Positions 18,489 to 28,558 of a stretch of DNA of 32,000 nt are shown here, piece after piece (the stretch's first letter is position 1; the number at the start of each line of letters is the position of its first letter). A program made the translations under genes and the position numbers. Below the pieces are notes generated by a model that was not told where the DNA came from, searched no databases, and saw nothing but the letters and a program-made list of their open reading frames with translations. Where the stretch lies: assembly GCF_013387475.1 (NCBI RefSeq), contig NZ_VWNB01000001.1:58559-90558 (forward strand), read 5' to 3'. The stretch is from Mariprofundus sp. KV. GTDB taxonomy: Bacteria; Pseudomonadota; Zetaproteobacteria; Mariprofundales; Mariprofundaceae.

Positions 18489-18818
18489 CTAGTTATCCAG
18501 CACTTCGCCACATTTGCGGCAGGTGCGGACTTTACGACCATCTTCAAGCAGCTTCGCGCCAAGACGGACACCAGATTTACATTTGGAGCAGTAGTACTGC
18601 ACATTCGAGATGGCCATAGGGGCTTCTTTCTCGATGATGCCACCAGCACTGGCCTGGCTCTGGCGGGTATGACGTTTAATCATATTCACCTTTGTTACCA
18701 GCACACTGCTATCCTGCGGCATTACACGGATGACCTTACCACGCGCACCTTTGTCGCGACCGGAAATTACAACCACTTCATCATCTCTGCGAATTCGGGT
18801 TTTAACCAACGTTGTCAT
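18489..18818 (-). CDS. rplX: 50S ribosomal protein L24 (with C-terminal CxxC-x19-CxxC)
   Basis: KOW motif [21 protein letters not shown] and [15 protein letters not shown]. The C-terminus is [33 protein letters not shown]. Confidence 0.96.
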   Translation of the reverse strand: MTTLVKTRIRRDDEVVVISGRDKGARGKVIRVMPQDSSVLVTKVNMIKRHTRQSQASAGGIIEKEAPMAISNVQYYCSKCKSGVRLGAKLLEDGRKVRTCRKCGEVLDN

Positions 18819-18841
18819 TATTCTTTCGCCTCTCTTTCCGC

Positions 18842-19210
18842 TTACAGCACTTCTGGTGCAAGTGAAACGATCTTCATGTAACCCTTGGCACGCAGTTCAC
18901 GTGTTACAGGGCCAAAAATACGGGTACCCATTGGCTCATTCTGTTTAGAGAGCAGGACTGCCGCATTTTCGTCAAAACGGATGGAGGAGCCGTCTGGACG
19001 ACGGAACTCTTTGGCCGTACGCACTACAACAGCACGCTGAACCTCACCCTTCTTCACTTTACCACCTGGCATTGCTTCTTTTACAGCTACCACGATCACA
19101 TCACCAACGCTGGCGTAGCGACGTTTAGAGCCACCCAGAACCTTGATGCATTTAACGCGCTTGGCGCCTGAGTTATCTGCAACCTGCAGTACGGTTTCAT
19201 TCTGAATCAT
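18842..19210 (-). CDS. rplN: 50S ribosomal protein L14
   Basis: [46 protein letters not shown]. Confidence 0.97.
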   Translation of the reverse strand: MIQNETVLQVADNSGAKRVKCIKVLGGSKRRYASVGDVIVVAVKEAMPGGKVKKGEVQRAVVVRTAKEFRRPDGSSIRFDENAAVLLSKQNEPMGTRIFGPVTRELRAKGYMKIVSLAPEVL

Positions 19211-19225
19211 TGCAAAACCTCCGGA

Positions 19226-19492
19226 TTACAGCTGCTCAGCACGTGTCAGAACCGCTTCCATAACCCAGCGCTTGCGGCGGGAGATTGGAGCAGATTCAAT
19301 GATACGTACGGTATCACCTACATTGCAGGTGTTTTCAGCATCGTGAGCCATATATTTCTTGTGTGAACGAACCGTCTTACGGTAACGGGTATGCAGGAAT
19401 TTACGCTCAACCTGCACCACCACGGTCTTCTCACCTTTATTACTAACTACTACCCCTTCCAGGGTGCGCTTGTTTGTTGTTGCCTCGGACAT
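19226..19492 (-). CDS. rpsQ: 30S ribosomal protein S17
   Basis: RTLEGVVVSNKGEKTVVVQVERKFLHTRYRKTVRSHKKYMAHD. Confidence 0.96.
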   Translation of the reverse strand: MSEATTNKRTLEGVVVSNKGEKTVVVQVERKFLHTRYRKTVRSHKKYMAHDAENTCNVGDTVRIIESAPISRRKRWVMEAVLTRAEQL

Positions 19493-19506
19493 CTCTCTTT
19501 TACCCC

Positions 19507-19704
19507 TTAGCCGCGCTCAGCAAGAATAGTCTTGATACGTGCGATTTCGCGGCGTACCTGACCAACACGTGCGGTATTGTTCAGCTGCATCGTGGCCCTC
19601 TGGAAACGGAGCTTCATGTGCTCAGCTGCCAGTTCATCCATGCGCTCTTTCAGATCGGCATCTTTCATGCCACGCAGATCTTTTGCTTTCTTGATATCAC
19701 TCAT
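19507..19704 (-). CDS. rpmC: 50S ribosomal protein L29
   Basis: 65 aa. [33 protein letters not shown]. The start overlaps the rplP stop by 4 nt. Confidence 0.95.
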   Translation of the reverse strand: MSDIKKAKDLRGMKDADLKERMDELAAEHMKLRFQRATMQLNNTARVGQVRREIARIKTILAERG

Positions 19705-20123
19705 CGTCCTACTCCACGCACGACAATCTTGGTACGGATTGGAAGTTTGGCAGCCGCACGCTGAAGTGCGCCATATGCCATCTCTTCATCAATACCGTCC
19801 ATCTCATACAGGATACGACCAGCTTTAACAGCGGCAACCCAGTACTCAGGTGAACCTTTACCTTTACCCATTCGAACTTCAGCAGGTTTCTTGGAAACCG
19901 GAAGATCCGGGAAGATACGAATCCATACGCGACCCTGACGTCTGACGTGACGGTTAATAGTAATACGCGCCGCTTCGATCTGACGGGCGGTAATACGTCC
20001 AGGTTCCATCGCTTTGAGGCCATACTGACCAAAGTTCAGGCTTGCGCCACGCGGGCTTTTACCGCGAATGCGCTGCAGCTCTTTATGGTGCTTGCGCCAG
20101 CGAATTTTCTTAGGTTGCAACAT
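19701..20123 (-). CDS. rplP: 50S ribosomal protein L16
   Basis: [14 protein letters not shown]...[58 protein letters not shown]. Confidence 0.97.
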   Translation of the reverse strand: MLQPKKIRWRKHHKELQRIRGKSPRGASLNFGQYGLKAMEPGRITARQIEAARITINRHVRRQGRVWIRIFPDLPVSKKPAEVRMGKGKGSPEYWVAAVKAGRILYEMDGIDEEMAYGALQRAAAKLPIRTKIVVRGVGR

Positions 20124-20150
20124 CGTTACTAATCCTCTTCAACTCAATCT

Positions 20151-20801
20151 TTATGCGTTGTCAGCGGCGGTGTCGCCTAGCTTCAAACCATGGAATACCC
20201 AAACCTTAATACCAACAACACCGTAGGTGGTGTGCGCTTCGGCAAAGCCGTAGTCCACATCAGCACGCAGGGTGTGCAGCGGCACGCGACCTTCGCGGTA
20301 CCACTCGGTACGTGCAATCTCAGCACCACCCAGACGACCGGAGCAGTTGATTCGAACGCCTTTAGCACCCATACGCAGTGCACTCTGAACCGCACGCTTC
20401 ATAGCACGGCGGAAAGCGACACGACGCTCGAGCTGGAAAGCGATATTCTCTGCTATCAGCTGTGCCTCTGCTTCAGGGCGACGAACCTCTACGATAAATA
20501 CCTGAACTTCCTGACCGAATGTTTTGATCAGTTCGTTGCGTACTGCATCGATCTCGGAACCTTTCTTACCAATCACAACACCAGGACGCGAGGTATGAAC
20601 AGTTACTTTAATCTTATCAGCAGGACGCTCGATGATGATGCGAGATACACCGGCATGTTTCAGACGAGCTTTAACATGGCGACGAAGCTTAATATCTTCA
20701 CGCAGGTTGTTGCCGAAATTTTTGTCATTGGCGTACCAGATCGATTCCCAGTTACGAATCGTTCCAAGACGGAATCCAATTGGATTTACTTTCTGTCCCA
20801 T
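20151..20801 (-). CDS. rpsC: 30S ribosomal protein S3
   Basis: [19 protein letters not shown] and a KH domain, with [30 protein letters not shown]. Confidence 0.97.
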   Translation of the reverse strand: MGQKVNPIGFRLGTIRNWESIWYANDKNFGNNLREDIKLRRHVKARLKHAGVSRIIIERPADKIKVTVHTSRPGVVIGKKGSEIDAVRNELIKTFGQEVQVFIVEVRRPEAEAQLIAENIAFQLERRVAFRRAMKRAVQSALRMGAKGVRINCSGRLGGAEIARTEWYREGRVPLHTLRADVDYGFAEAHTTYGVVGIKVWVFHGLKLGDTAADNA

Positions 20802-20812
20802 GACTTCTCCCC

Positions 20813-21154
20813 TTAACCGCGTTCGCTAACAGCAACGGTCAAGTGGCTGTGGCGGTGGAAACGTTTACGCATACGACCCATTCCTTTCGGACGGAAACGC
20901 TTCAGCGTCATGCCTGCATCTGCTTTTGCTTCAGATACATACAGTGTATCTACATCCAGGCCATGGTTCTGCTCGGCGTTAGCAATAGCGGACTTGAGAA
21001 CTTTCTCATACAGACGAGCTGACTTTGCAGGAGACAGGGTCAGTACTGCCAGCGCACGATCAACGTCCAGACCACGGATAGCATCTGCCATCAAACGCGC
21101 CTTCTGGGAGCTGATCTTGCTGTTTTTGTGCAATGCACGTACTTGTTCAGACAT
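20813..21154 (-). CDS. rplV: 50S ribosomal protein L22
   Basis: [47 protein letters not shown]. Confidence 0.96.
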   Translation of the reverse strand: MSEQVRALHKNSKISSQKARLMADAIRGLDVDRALAVLTLSPAKSARLYEKVLKSAIANAEQNHGLDVDTLYVSEAKADAGMTLKRFRPKGMGRMRKRFHRHSHLTVAVSERG

Positions 21155-21159
21155 GCCGA

Positions 21160-21438
21160 TTACCTCTTCCTAGCCTTTTTGTCAGCACCGTGACCATAGT
21201 AGGTACGGGTAGGTGAAAACTCACCCAGCTTATGACCAACCATGTTCTCGGTTACGAACACAGGAATAAACTTGTGTCCGTTGTGTACTGCAAAATTCAT
21301 ACCTACAAAATCGGGCGCAATAGTAGAACGACGTGACCAGGTTTTGATCACAGATTTCTTCTCTGCGGCCAGTGCAGCATCAACCTTCTTCTGAAGGGAG
21401 GCCTCAATGTACGGACCTTTCTTTAATGAGCGTGCCAT
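21160..21438 (-). CDS. rpsS: 30S ribosomal protein S19
   Basis: [19 protein letters not shown]...[47 protein letters not shown]. Confidence 0.97.
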   Translation of the reverse strand: MARSLKKGPYIEASLQKKVDAALAAEKKSVIKTWSRRSTIAPDFVGMNFAVHNGHKFIPVFVTENMVGHKLGEFSPTRTYYGHGADKKARKR

Positions 21439-21446
21439 CTCTTACC

Positions 21447-22277
21447 TCACTTCTGGTTGCGGCGGCGAATAATATCACGGTTCGACGCCTTGTTCTTTGC
21501 ACGAGTCTTATGACCCTTGGTTGGTACACCCCAAGGTGTAACCGGATGACGGCCACCGGATGTGCGGCCTTCACCACCACCATGTGGATGATCTACCGGG
21601 TTCATGGCAACACCACGAACATTGGGACGAACACCCAGCCAGCGTGTGCGGCCAGCCTTACCTACCTTGCGGTTGGAGTGGTCAGCATTGCCCATCACAC
21701 CAATCGTTGCCAGACAGCGAATATCCACACGACGGAACTCGCCGGATGGCATCTTCAGAACGGCACGACCGCCCTCTTTACCCATCAACTGAATAGATGC
21801 ACCTGCACTGCGTGCGATCTGACCGCCCTTACCGGGCTTCATCTCTACGTTATGCACCTGAGTACCTACGCGGATATTCGACAGTGGCAACGCATTACCC
21901 GGACGAATCTCTGCATCAGGACCGCTCATGACCTCATCACCCGGACGAAGACCCTGTGGTGCGAGGATATAACGCTTGTCACCGTTGCTAAAAACAACCA
22001 GCGCGATGTGCGCTGTACGGTTGGGGTCATATTCAACGCGCGCAACCTTACCGCCAATACCGAAATTGTCACGCTTGAAATCAACCATACGGTAGAGACG
22101 CTTATGTCCGCCGCCACGATGGGCACTGGTAACGCGACCATTGTTGTTACGACCACCGGATTTGGTGAGGCCTACTACCAGGCTCTTCTCAGGAGCGCCC
22201 TTGTGCAGATCTTCATTAACCACACCGATACGGCCACGGTTGCCGTTAGTTGTTGGTTTTAATGCCTTCAATGCCAT
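21447..22277 (-). CDS. rplB: 50S ribosomal protein L2
   Basis: 276 aa. [25 protein letters not shown] and [31 protein letters not shown]. Confidence 0.97.
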   Translation of the reverse strand: MALKALKPTTNGNRGRIGVVNEDLHKGAPEKSLVVGLTKSGGRNNNGRVTSAHRGGGHKRLYRMVDFKRDNFGIGGKVARVEYDPNRTAHIALVVFSNGDKRYILAPQGLRPGDEVMSGPDAEIRPGNALPLSNIRVGTQVHNVEMKPGKGGQIARSAGASIQLMGKEGGRAVLKMPSGEFRRVDIRCLATIGVMGNADHSNRKVGKAGRTRWLGVRPNVRGVAMNPVDHPHGGGEGRTSGGRHPVTPWGVPTKGHKTRAKNKASNRDIIRRRNQK

Positions 22278-22280
22278 GAT

Positions 22281-22580
22281 TTATACCTCTTCCGCCACTT
22301 CCAGACTATGTCCCTCAGCCAGACGAACCACAGCCTTGCGGTAACCCGAACGGGAACCGGTCTGGGCTCCACGACGTTTCGGCTTGCTAGGCATATTGAT
22401 AACCTGAACTTTATCAACCTTCACTTCGAAGACAGCTTCAACAGCGGCCTTAACCTGAGTTTTGGTTGCTTTACGGGCGACACGGAAAGTGTACTGATTG
22501 GCTGCGCCGGTACCTGAATAGCTCTTCTCGGTAATTACAGGCTGACGCAGGATGTCGAAATGATTGATGTTTGCACTCAT
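22281..22580 (-). CDS. rplW: 50S ribosomal protein L23
   Basis: ILRQPVITEKS....NQYTFRV...ATK.QVKAAVEAVFEVKVDKVQVINM. The start overlaps the rplD stop by 4 nt. Confidence 0.96.
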   Translation of the reverse strand: MSANINHFDILRQPVITEKSYSGTGAANQYTFRVARKATKTQVKAAVEAVFEVKVDKVQVINMPSKPKRRGAQTGSRSGYRKAVVRLAEGHSLEVAEEV

Positions 22581-23200
22581 GACAGACGCTCCTCAAGTTT
22601 ATCTACAGCAGCTTCAGTCAGGATCACACGCTCACATTTAAGCAGGTCGTGAATGGTCATCTGACCATCAAGCACCACTTTGGTGTGAGGAATGTTACGA
22701 CCGGAGAGCTCCACATTGCTATTGGCTGCGTCCAGAACAAACAGACCTGAAGTTGCTTCCAGAGCGCCAAGCACCTCAATAAAGGCCTTGGTCTTTGGCG
22801 CCTCCAGCTCAAGCTTGTTGACAACAGTCAACTTGCCTTCACGAACGCAGTCGGAGAGAACCAGACAGAGTGCACGGCGACGCTCTTTCTTGTTGATACG
22901 CGAATCAAACGTGGTGTTTGCATTCGGACCATGTGCGGTTCCACCATGACGCATCTGTGCAGCACGGGTAGTACCCTGACGTGCACGACCTGTACCCTTC
23001 TGTTTGAATGGCTTTTTGCCGCCACCGGAAACATTAGCCACAGTCTTGGTCGCACTTGTGCCTGCACGCTGTGCAGATGCAAGAGATGCATATACACGGT
23101 GAACGAAGCCAGCGTCGGAATCCAGGCCGAACACAGCCGGGTTCAGCTCACGCTTGCTCACTTCTTTATTGTTCTGATCTACGATGGTGATCTTCGCCAT
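22577..23200 (-). CDS. rplD: 50S ribosomal protein L4
   Basis: 207 aa. RAGT.ATKT.A.VSGGGKKPFKQKGTGRARQGTTRAAQMRHGG. Position is between rplC and rplW. Confidence 0.96.
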   Translation of the reverse strand: MAKITIVDQNNKEVSKRELNPAVFGLDSDAGFVHRVYASLASAQRAGTSATKTVANVSGGGKKPFKQKGTGRARQGTTRAAQMRHGGTAHGPNANTTFDSRINKKERRRALCLVLSDCVREGKLTVVNKLELEAPKTKAFIEVLGALEATSGLFVLDAANSNVELSGRNIPHTKVVLDGQMTIHDLLKCERVILTEAAVDKLEERLS

Positions 23201-23201
23201 C

Positions 23202-23834
23202 TTACGCTCCCTTCACGGCAGGGCGCAGCTCAACCAGTCCGCCACGCGAACCAGGTACAGCACCCCTTACCAGAATACGATTGGATTCGGCATCCACGCG
23301 AACCACTTCAAGATTCTGAGTCGTTACACGCTCGTTACCGTAGTGACCAGGCATCTTCTTGCCCGGGAATACACGGCCCGGCCACTGACACTGACCGGTA
23401 GAACCCATCTGACGATGTACTTTTTCAGCACCGTGGGTCGCACGGCCACCTGCGAAGTTGTAACGCTTCATTACACCGGCAAAACCGCGACCCTTAGAGG
23501 TGCCTGAGATGTCGATCTTCTGACCAACTTCAAACTGTGCAGCGTTCAGCTCCTGACCCAGCTCAAACTCAGCATCCGCAGCGACACGGAACTCTTTCAG
23601 CCCGCCGGTCACTTCCTGGCCCTGCTTGGCAAAATGACCCTGAACAGCACGGCTGTTATGACGCTTGGCAGCACCATAACCGACCTGAACAGCATCATAA
23701 CCGTCACGATCTGAGGTACGACGTGCGATTACCTTGCACGGCTCAACATTCAAAACAGTCACAGGCACCGCAGTACCATCTTCTGCGAAGATCTGTGTCA
23801 TGCCCGCTTTCCGGGCGATCAATCCAACACTCAT
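23202..23834 (-). CDS. rplC: 50S ribosomal protein L3
   Basis: GLIARKAGMTQIF.EDG.AVPVTV...GTSKGRGFAGVMKRYNFAGGRATHG. Confidence 0.97.
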   Translation of the reverse strand: MSVGLIARKAGMTQIFAEDGTAVPVTVLNVEPCKVIARRTSDRDGYDAVQVGYGAAKRHNSRAVQGHFAKQGQEVTGGLKEFRVAADAEFELGQELNAAQFEVGQKIDISGTSKGRGFAGVMKRYNFAGGRATHGAEKVHRQMGSTGQCQWPGRVFPGKKMPGHYGNERVTTQNLEVVRVDAESNRILVRGAVPGSRGGLVELRPAVKGA

Positions 23835-23848
23835 GATTATCCTCCCGA

Positions 23849-24157
23849 TTAAAGTTTGATCTCGACATCCACACCGGATGGCAGATCAAGCTTCATTAGC
23901 GCGTCCACGGTCTGTGGAGTTGGCTTATCAATATCAAGCATACGCTTGTGGGTACGAATCTCGAACTGTTCACGAGAATCTTTGTACTTGTGCGGAGATT
24001 TGATTACGCAGAATTTGCGAATCTTGGTCGGAATTGGAATCGGACCACGTACTTCTGCACCGGTACGTTTTGCTGTAGCTACAATGTCAGCCGCACTCTT
24101 ATCAAGAATACGGTGATCAAAAGCTTTCAGGCGAATACGAATACTTTGAGTTGCCAC
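23849..24157 (-). CDS. rpsJ: 30S ribosomal protein S10
   Basis: (GTG start) [44 protein letters not shown]. Lies only 11 nt downstream of the tuf stop. Confidence 0.97.
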   Translation of the reverse strand: MATQSIRIRLKAFDHRILDKSAADIVATAKRTGAEVRGPIPIPTKIRKFCVIKSPHKYKDSREQFEIRTHKRMLDIDKPTPQTVDALMKLDLPSGVDVEIKL

Positions 24158-24168
24158 GTACGGCCCCC

Positions 24169-25359
24169 TTACTTAGTTATGTCGGTTACGACGCCAGCGC
24201 CGACCGTACGACCACCTTCGCGGATAGCGAAACGAAGCTCTTTATCCATTGCGATTGGGGTAATCAGTTCAACATCCATAGAGATGTTATCGCCAGGCAT
24301 TACCATCTCAGTTCCCTCAGGAAGGGTAACTGAACCGGTTACGTCAGTTGTACGGAAGTAGAACTGTGGACGGTAACCGTTAAAGAATGGGGTATGACGA
24401 CCACCCTCTTCTTTATTCAGGATATATGCTTCAGCTTTAAATGAGGTGTGTGGCGTGATGGAGCCTGGCTTGGCCAGAACCTGACCACGCTCGATATCTT
24501 CACGCTTAACACCACGAAGAAGAAGACCTACGTTGTCGCCTGCTTCACCGGAATCCAGAAGCTTGCGGAACATCTCAACACCGGTACAGGTAGTCTTAAC
24601 AGTGTTTTTGATACCAACGATCTCGATCTCTTCACCAACCTTGATCACACCAGCTTCGATACGACCGGTTGCAACAGTACCGCGACCTGAGATGGAGAAC
24701 ACATCCTCAACAGGCATCAGGAACGGCTTGTCTACATCACGTGCAGGGGTAGGAATGTACTCATCCACTGCAGCCATCAGACGCAGGATAGATGGCGCGC
24801 CGATCTCAGACTCATCGCCTTCCAGTGCCTTCAGTGCAGAACCGATGATGATTGGTGTGTCGTCACCCGGGAAGTCGTAAGAGTCGAGAAGTTCACGAAC
24901 CTCCATCTCTACCAGCTCAAGCAGCTCTTCATCATCAACCATGTCAGCCTTGTTCAGGTATACCACCAGGTGAGGTACGTTTACCTGACGCGCCAGCAGT
25001 ACATGCTCACGGGTCTGTGGCATAGGGCCATCAGCAGCAGAAACTACCAGGATACCGCCGTCCATCTGCGCAGCACCGGTGATCATGTTTTTTACATAGT
25101 CAGCATGGCCCGGGCAGTCAACGTGTGCGTAGTGACGCGCTTCAGTCTCATACTCAACGTGAGCTGTAGCGATAGTAATACCGCGCTCGCGCTCTTCCGG
25201 AGCACCATCAATGTCGCCGTAGTCCTTGAACACAGCGCCGCCTGTCAGAGACAGAACCTTGGTGATTGCAGCGGTCAACGTGGTCTTGCCATGGTCGACG
25301 TGACCGATGGTACCGATGTTCACATGCGGCTTATTACGTTCAAACTTTTCCTTTGCCAT
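24169..25359 (-). CDS. tuf: Elongation factor Tu
   Basis: [33 protein letters not shown]...[21 protein letters not shown]. 396 aa. Confidence 0.98.
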   Translation of the reverse strand: MAKEKFERNKPHVNIGTIGHVDHGKTTLTAAITKVLSLTGGAVFKDYGDIDGAPEERERGITIATAHVEYETEARHYAHVDCPGHADYVKNMITGAAQMDGGILVVSAADGPMPQTREHVLLARQVNVPHLVVYLNKADMVDDEELLELVEMEVRELLDSYDFPGDDTPIIIGSALKALEGDESEIGAPSILRLMAAVDEYIPTPARDVDKPFLMPVEDVFSISGRGTVATGRIEAGVIKVGEEIEIVGIKNTVKTTCTGVEMFRKLLDSGEAGDNVGLLLRGVKREDIERGQVLAKPGSITPHTSFKAEAYILNKEEGGRHTPFFNGYRPQFYFRTTDVTGSVTLPEGTEMVMPGDNISMDVELITPIAMDKELRFAIREGGRTVGAGVVTDITK

Positions 25360-25369
25360 GATCTACTCC

Positions 25370-27448
25370 TTAACCTTTAACAGCAGCAATAATTTCTTGC
25401 GCAATATTGTTTGGTACTTCTTCATAGTGTTTAAATGTCATTGTGTAGGTCGCACGACCCTGAGACATCGAACGAACATTGGTTGAGTAGCCGAACATCT
25501 CAGAGAGCGGAACTTCAGCCTCAATAACCTTACCGTTACCACGTGCTTCCATGCCGAGAACGCGACCACGGCGACGATTCAGATCGCCAACGATATCACC
25601 CATGTAATCTTCAGGTGTTACCACCTCAACATCCATCATCGGCTCAAGAATAACCGGCTTGGCCATCGCACAACCGTTACGCAGACCCATGGAGCCAGCA
25701 ACCTTGAACGCCATCTCATTGGAGTCGACGTCATGGTAAGAGCCGTCAACCACGGTAACCTTGATATCAACCATCGGATAACCGGCCAGAACACCGTTCT
25801 GCATCGCCTCTTCAGCACCCTTACCAACAGCCGGGATATATTCACGCGGAATAGAACCACCGGAGATCTTGTCGATGAATTCAAAACCGGCACCAACTTC
25901 ATTCGGTTCAACTTCAAGCCAGCAGTGACCATACTGACCACGACCACCGGACTGACGAACAAACTTGCCTTCAGCCTTAACCTTGGCACGGATGGTTTCA
26001 CGGTAGGCAACCTGCGGCTTACCAACATTGGCATCGACATTGAATTCGCGCTTCATGCGGTCAACAAGAATCTCAAGGTGAAGCTCGCCCATGCCTGAGA
26101 TAATGGTCTGACCAGTCTCTTCATCGGTACGAACACGGAAAGATGGATCCTCAGCAGCAAGCCTGCCCAGTGCAGTACCCATCTTCTCCTGATCCGCCTT
26201 GGTCTTCGGCTCAATAGCAACCGAGATCACCGGCTCAGGGAACTCCATACGCTCAAGAATGATCGGATGCTCAGCATCGCAGAGTGTATCACCGGTAGTG
26301 GTGAACTTCAGACCTACGGCAGCTGCGATATCACCGGCACGAACTTCCTTGATCTCGGAACGCTCATTGGCATGCATCTGCAGAATACGACCCAGACGCT
26401 CTTTTTTGTCCTTGGTCGAGTTGATAACATAAGAACCCGCTTCAATTGAACCGGAGTAGACACGGAAGAAGGTCAGCGTACCTACAAACGGGTCAGTCAT
26501 CACCTTGAATGCCAGCGCTGCAAACGGCTGATCATCTGAAGACGGACGAGTATCCGGCGCTTCGGTGTCGGGATGAACACCGGTAATCGCAGGAACATCA
26601 GTCGGTGCAGGCATGTATTCAACAACAGCATCAAGCAGCGTCTGAACACCCTTATTCTTAAAGGCAGTACCTGCGAGAACAGGAATCACAGAGATATCGA
26701 GAACTGATTTACGAATGCACTCTTTCAGTGCCGCTTCGTCAACCTCTTCACCCTCAAGGTAGGCCATCATCAGCTCTTCATCGTTAACCAGAACAGCATC
26801 CAGCAGCAGTTCACGACGCTCTTCAGCAACCTCGAGAAGATCTTCAGGAATCTCCTGAACCTCGTACATTGCACCCATCGCCTCATCTTTCCAGACGATC
26901 GCTTTCATAGAGACCAGATCGATAACACCCTGGAAATTCTCTTCAGCACCGATAGGGATATTCAAAGCAACAGCATTGTGACCCAGACGCTCACGAATCT
27001 CTTCAATCACGTTGAAGAAATCAGCACCGGTACGGTCCATCTTGTTAACGAATGCAACACGGGGAACTTTATACTTGTCAGCCTGACGCCAAACGGTCTC
27101 TGACTGTGGCTGCACGCCACCTACCGCACAGAATACGCCGACCGCACCATCAAGAACGCGCAGTGAGCGCTCTACTTCAATAGTGAAATCCACATGTCCA
27201 GGGGTATCAATAATATTAATCTGATGGTCTTTCCAGCTACAGGTTGTTGCAGCCGAGGTAATAGTGATGCCGCGCTCCTGCTCCTGCGCCATCCAGTCCA
27301 TGGTAGCAGCGCCGTCATGCACTTCACCAATCTTATGACTTACGCCGGTGTAGAAAAGAATACGCTCAGTCGCGGTAGTTTTACCAGCGTCAATATGAGC
27401 CATAATGCCGATGTTACGTACACGTTCCAGTGGGGTCTTACGAGCCAC
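25370..27448 (-). CDS. fusA: Elongation factor G
   Basis: (GTG start) [34 protein letters not shown]...DTPGHVDFT. 692 aa. SD AAGGAG lies 8 nt upstream. Confidence 0.98.
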   Translation of the reverse strand: MARKTPLERVRNIGIMAHIDAGKTTATERILFYTGVSHKIGEVHDGAATMDWMAQEQERGITITSAATTCSWKDHQINIIDTPGHVDFTIEVERSLRVLDGAVGVFCAVGGVQPQSETVWRQADKYKVPRVAFVNKMDRTGADFFNVIEEIRERLGHNAVALNIPIGAEENFQGVIDLVSMKAIVWKDEAMGAMYEVQEIPEDLLEVAEERRELLLDAVLVNDEELMMAYLEGEEVDEAALKECIRKSVLDISVIPVLAGTAFKNKGVQTLLDAVVEYMPAPTDVPAITGVHPDTEAPDTRPSSDDQPFAALAFKVMTDPFVGTLTFFRVYSGSIEAGSYVINSTKDKKERLGRILQMHANERSEIKEVRAGDIAAAVGLKFTTTGDTLCDAEHPIILERMEFPEPVISVAIEPKTKADQEKMGTALGRLAAEDPSFRVRTDEETGQTIISGMGELHLEILVDRMKREFNVDANVGKPQVAYRETIRAKVKAEGKFVRQSGGRGQYGHCWLEVEPNEVGAGFEFIDKISGGSIPREYIPAVGKGAEEAMQNGVLAGYPMVDIKVTVVDGSYHDVDSNEMAFKVAGSMGLRNGCAMAKPVILEPMMDVEVVTPEDYMGDIVGDLNRRRGRVLGMEARGNGKVIEAEVPLSEMFGYSTNVRSMSQGRATYTMTFKHYEEVPNNIAQEIIAAVKG

Positions 27449-27518
27449 GTCGCCACTCCTTTACCATCAAATTAAAAGAACAAACTGTTCCCGGATAAGA
27501 GGCCAGACCCCTCATCCA

Positions 27519-27590
27519 GCAGAGAGGCAACCCTCTTCTGCAATGAACCTGCTCGGCAGGTCCGGGTTTAAACAGCAGGCCGAAGCCTGC
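27519..27590 (-). other. Three tandem GC-rich hairpins within the 151-nt rpsG-fusA spacer
   Basis: On the minus strand: GCAGGC-UUCG-GCCUGC (27575-27590); GGACCUGC-CGA-GCAGGUUC (27545-27563); GCAGAAGAGG-GUUG-CCUCUCUGC with one bulge (27519-27541). Function unknown. Confidence 0.45.
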
Positions 27591-27599
27591 AAATCTTGC

Positions 27600-28070
27600 T
27601 TACCAGCGGAAGTGCGAGAACGCCTTGTTCGCTTCAGCCATACGATGAGTCTCATCGCGCTTCTTCCAGGCTCCGCCGCGATCCGCAACAGCATCAGCCA
27701 TCTCGTTACCCAGACGCTGAGCCATAGTGTGCTCAGAACGCTTGCGGGAGAACTCAACAAGCCAACGCACAGCCAGTGAGTGCTGACGACGATCAGAAAC
27801 TTCGATCGGCACCTGATAGGTCGCGCCACCAACACGGCGAGACTTCACTTCAACGGCAGGCTTAATAGCCTCGATCGCATTCAACAGGCAAGCCAGAGGC
27901 TCACTGCCGGTCTTCTGCGCAGCGATATCCATCGCCTCATAAACAATCGCTTCTGCAACGGTCTTCTTACCGTCAAGCATCACCTTGTTAACTACATTGG
28001 AAACGGTTGTGTCACCAAACTTCGCATCCGGTGTGACCGGGCGACGTGGGGCAGGTCCTTTACGTGGCAT
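27600..28070 (-). CDS. rpsG: 30S ribosomal protein S7
   Basis: MPRKGPAPRRPVTPDAKFGDTTVSNVVNKVMLDGKKTVAEAIVY...EVKSRRVGGATYQVP.EV. Confidence 0.97.
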   Translation of the reverse strand: MPRKGPAPRRPVTPDAKFGDTTVSNVVNKVMLDGKKTVAEAIVYEAMDIAAQKTGSEPLACLLNAIEAIKPAVEVKSRRVGGATYQVPIEVSDRRQHSLAVRWLVEFSRKRSEHTMAQRLGNEMADAVADRGGAWKKRDETHRMAEANKAFSHFRW

Positions 28071-28085
28071 ATCTCAATTCCTCTC

Positions 28086-28457
28086 TTACTTAGGACGCTT
28101 GGCGCCGTACTTAGAACGAGCCTGCTTACGGCCCTCAACACCTGTCGTATCCAGAACACCACGCAGGATATGGTAACGAACACCCGGCAAATCCTTTACA
28201 CGGCCGCCACGGATCAGAACAACTGAATGCTCCTGCAACTTGTGGCCTTCACCAGGAATGTATGCAGTCACTTCCATACCATTGGTCAGACGTACACGCG
28301 CAACTTTACGAAGTGCCGAGTTCGGCTTTTTCGGGGTTGTGGTGTAAACACGGGTACAAACGCCACGACGCTGCGGACAAGCCTGCAGAGCTGGGACCTT
28401 ATTGATCTTGCGTTTGTCTTTTCGCTCATTACGAATCAACTGATTAATCGTTGGCAT
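28086..28457 (-). CDS. rpsL: 30S ribosomal protein S12
   Basis: [13 protein letters not shown]...[78 protein letters not shown]. Confidence 0.98.
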   Translation of the reverse strand: MPTINQLIRNERKDKRKINKVPALQACPQRRGVCTRVYTTTPKKPNSALRKVARVRLTNGMEVTAYIPGEGHKLQEHSVVLIRGGRVKDLPGVRYHILRGVLDTTGVEGRKQARSKYGAKRPK

Positions 28458-28497
28458 TGTTACCTCTTCTCCAAACTTTCACCCCGCCAATTTGCTG

Positions 28498-28528
28498 AAA
28501 AAAAGCACAGCCCTGGCGAAGGGTCGCG
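28498..28528 (-). terminator. Hairpin plus U7: either a pnt-operon terminator or an rpsL leader attenuator (ambiguous)
   Basis: On the minus strand, CGCGACCCU-UCGCC-AGGGCUGUG (4 GC pairs, one mismatch, then 4 more pairs of which 2 are wobbles) is followed by C and U7. It starts 2 nt after the putative -10 of the rpsL promoter. Confidence 0.3.
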
Positions 28529-28529
28529 A

Positions 28530-28558
28530 ACCTTAGTGTCGCTCTCTATTGCTGTCAA
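28530..28558 (-). promoter_or_regulatory. Putative sigma70 promoter of the str/ribosomal cluster
   Basis: On the minus strand, TTGACA (28553-28558), a 17-nt spacer, then TAAGGT (28530-28535), ~75 nt upstream of the rpsL ATG. Perfect -35, mediocre -10. Confidence 0.4.

Noticed and set aside
21372-22262. Long + strand ORFs antisense to ribosomal genes: 296 aa at 21372-22262, and also 15171-16025, 13763-14404, 20190-20816, 23948-24361 and 24970-25380.
   Set aside because: All lie fully inside, and antisense to, unmistakable highly conserved genes (rplB, rplO/rpmD/rpsE, secY/adk, rpsC, rpsJ/tuf). Their sequences are low-complexity (Thr/His/Cys/Arg-rich) and they have no SD. They are typical shadow ORFs produced by strong codon bias on the opposite strand.
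27405-27835. ORFs spanning the rpsG-fusA spacer (27405-27779 on +, 124 aa; 27512-27835 on -, 107 aa).
   Set aside because: Both overlap rpsG and/or fusA coding sequence out of frame, lack SD sequences and give low-complexity products. The spacer is better explained by RNA hairpins.
28519-28537. A tRNA T-arm-like sequence AAGGTTCGCGACCCTT upstream of rpsL.
   Set aside because: No complementary acceptor-stem sequence (needed: CCTGGCG) and no D or anticodon arms in the preceding ~60 nt. The loop is 8 nt rather than 7. The segment is better explained as the -10 region and start of the hairpin described above.
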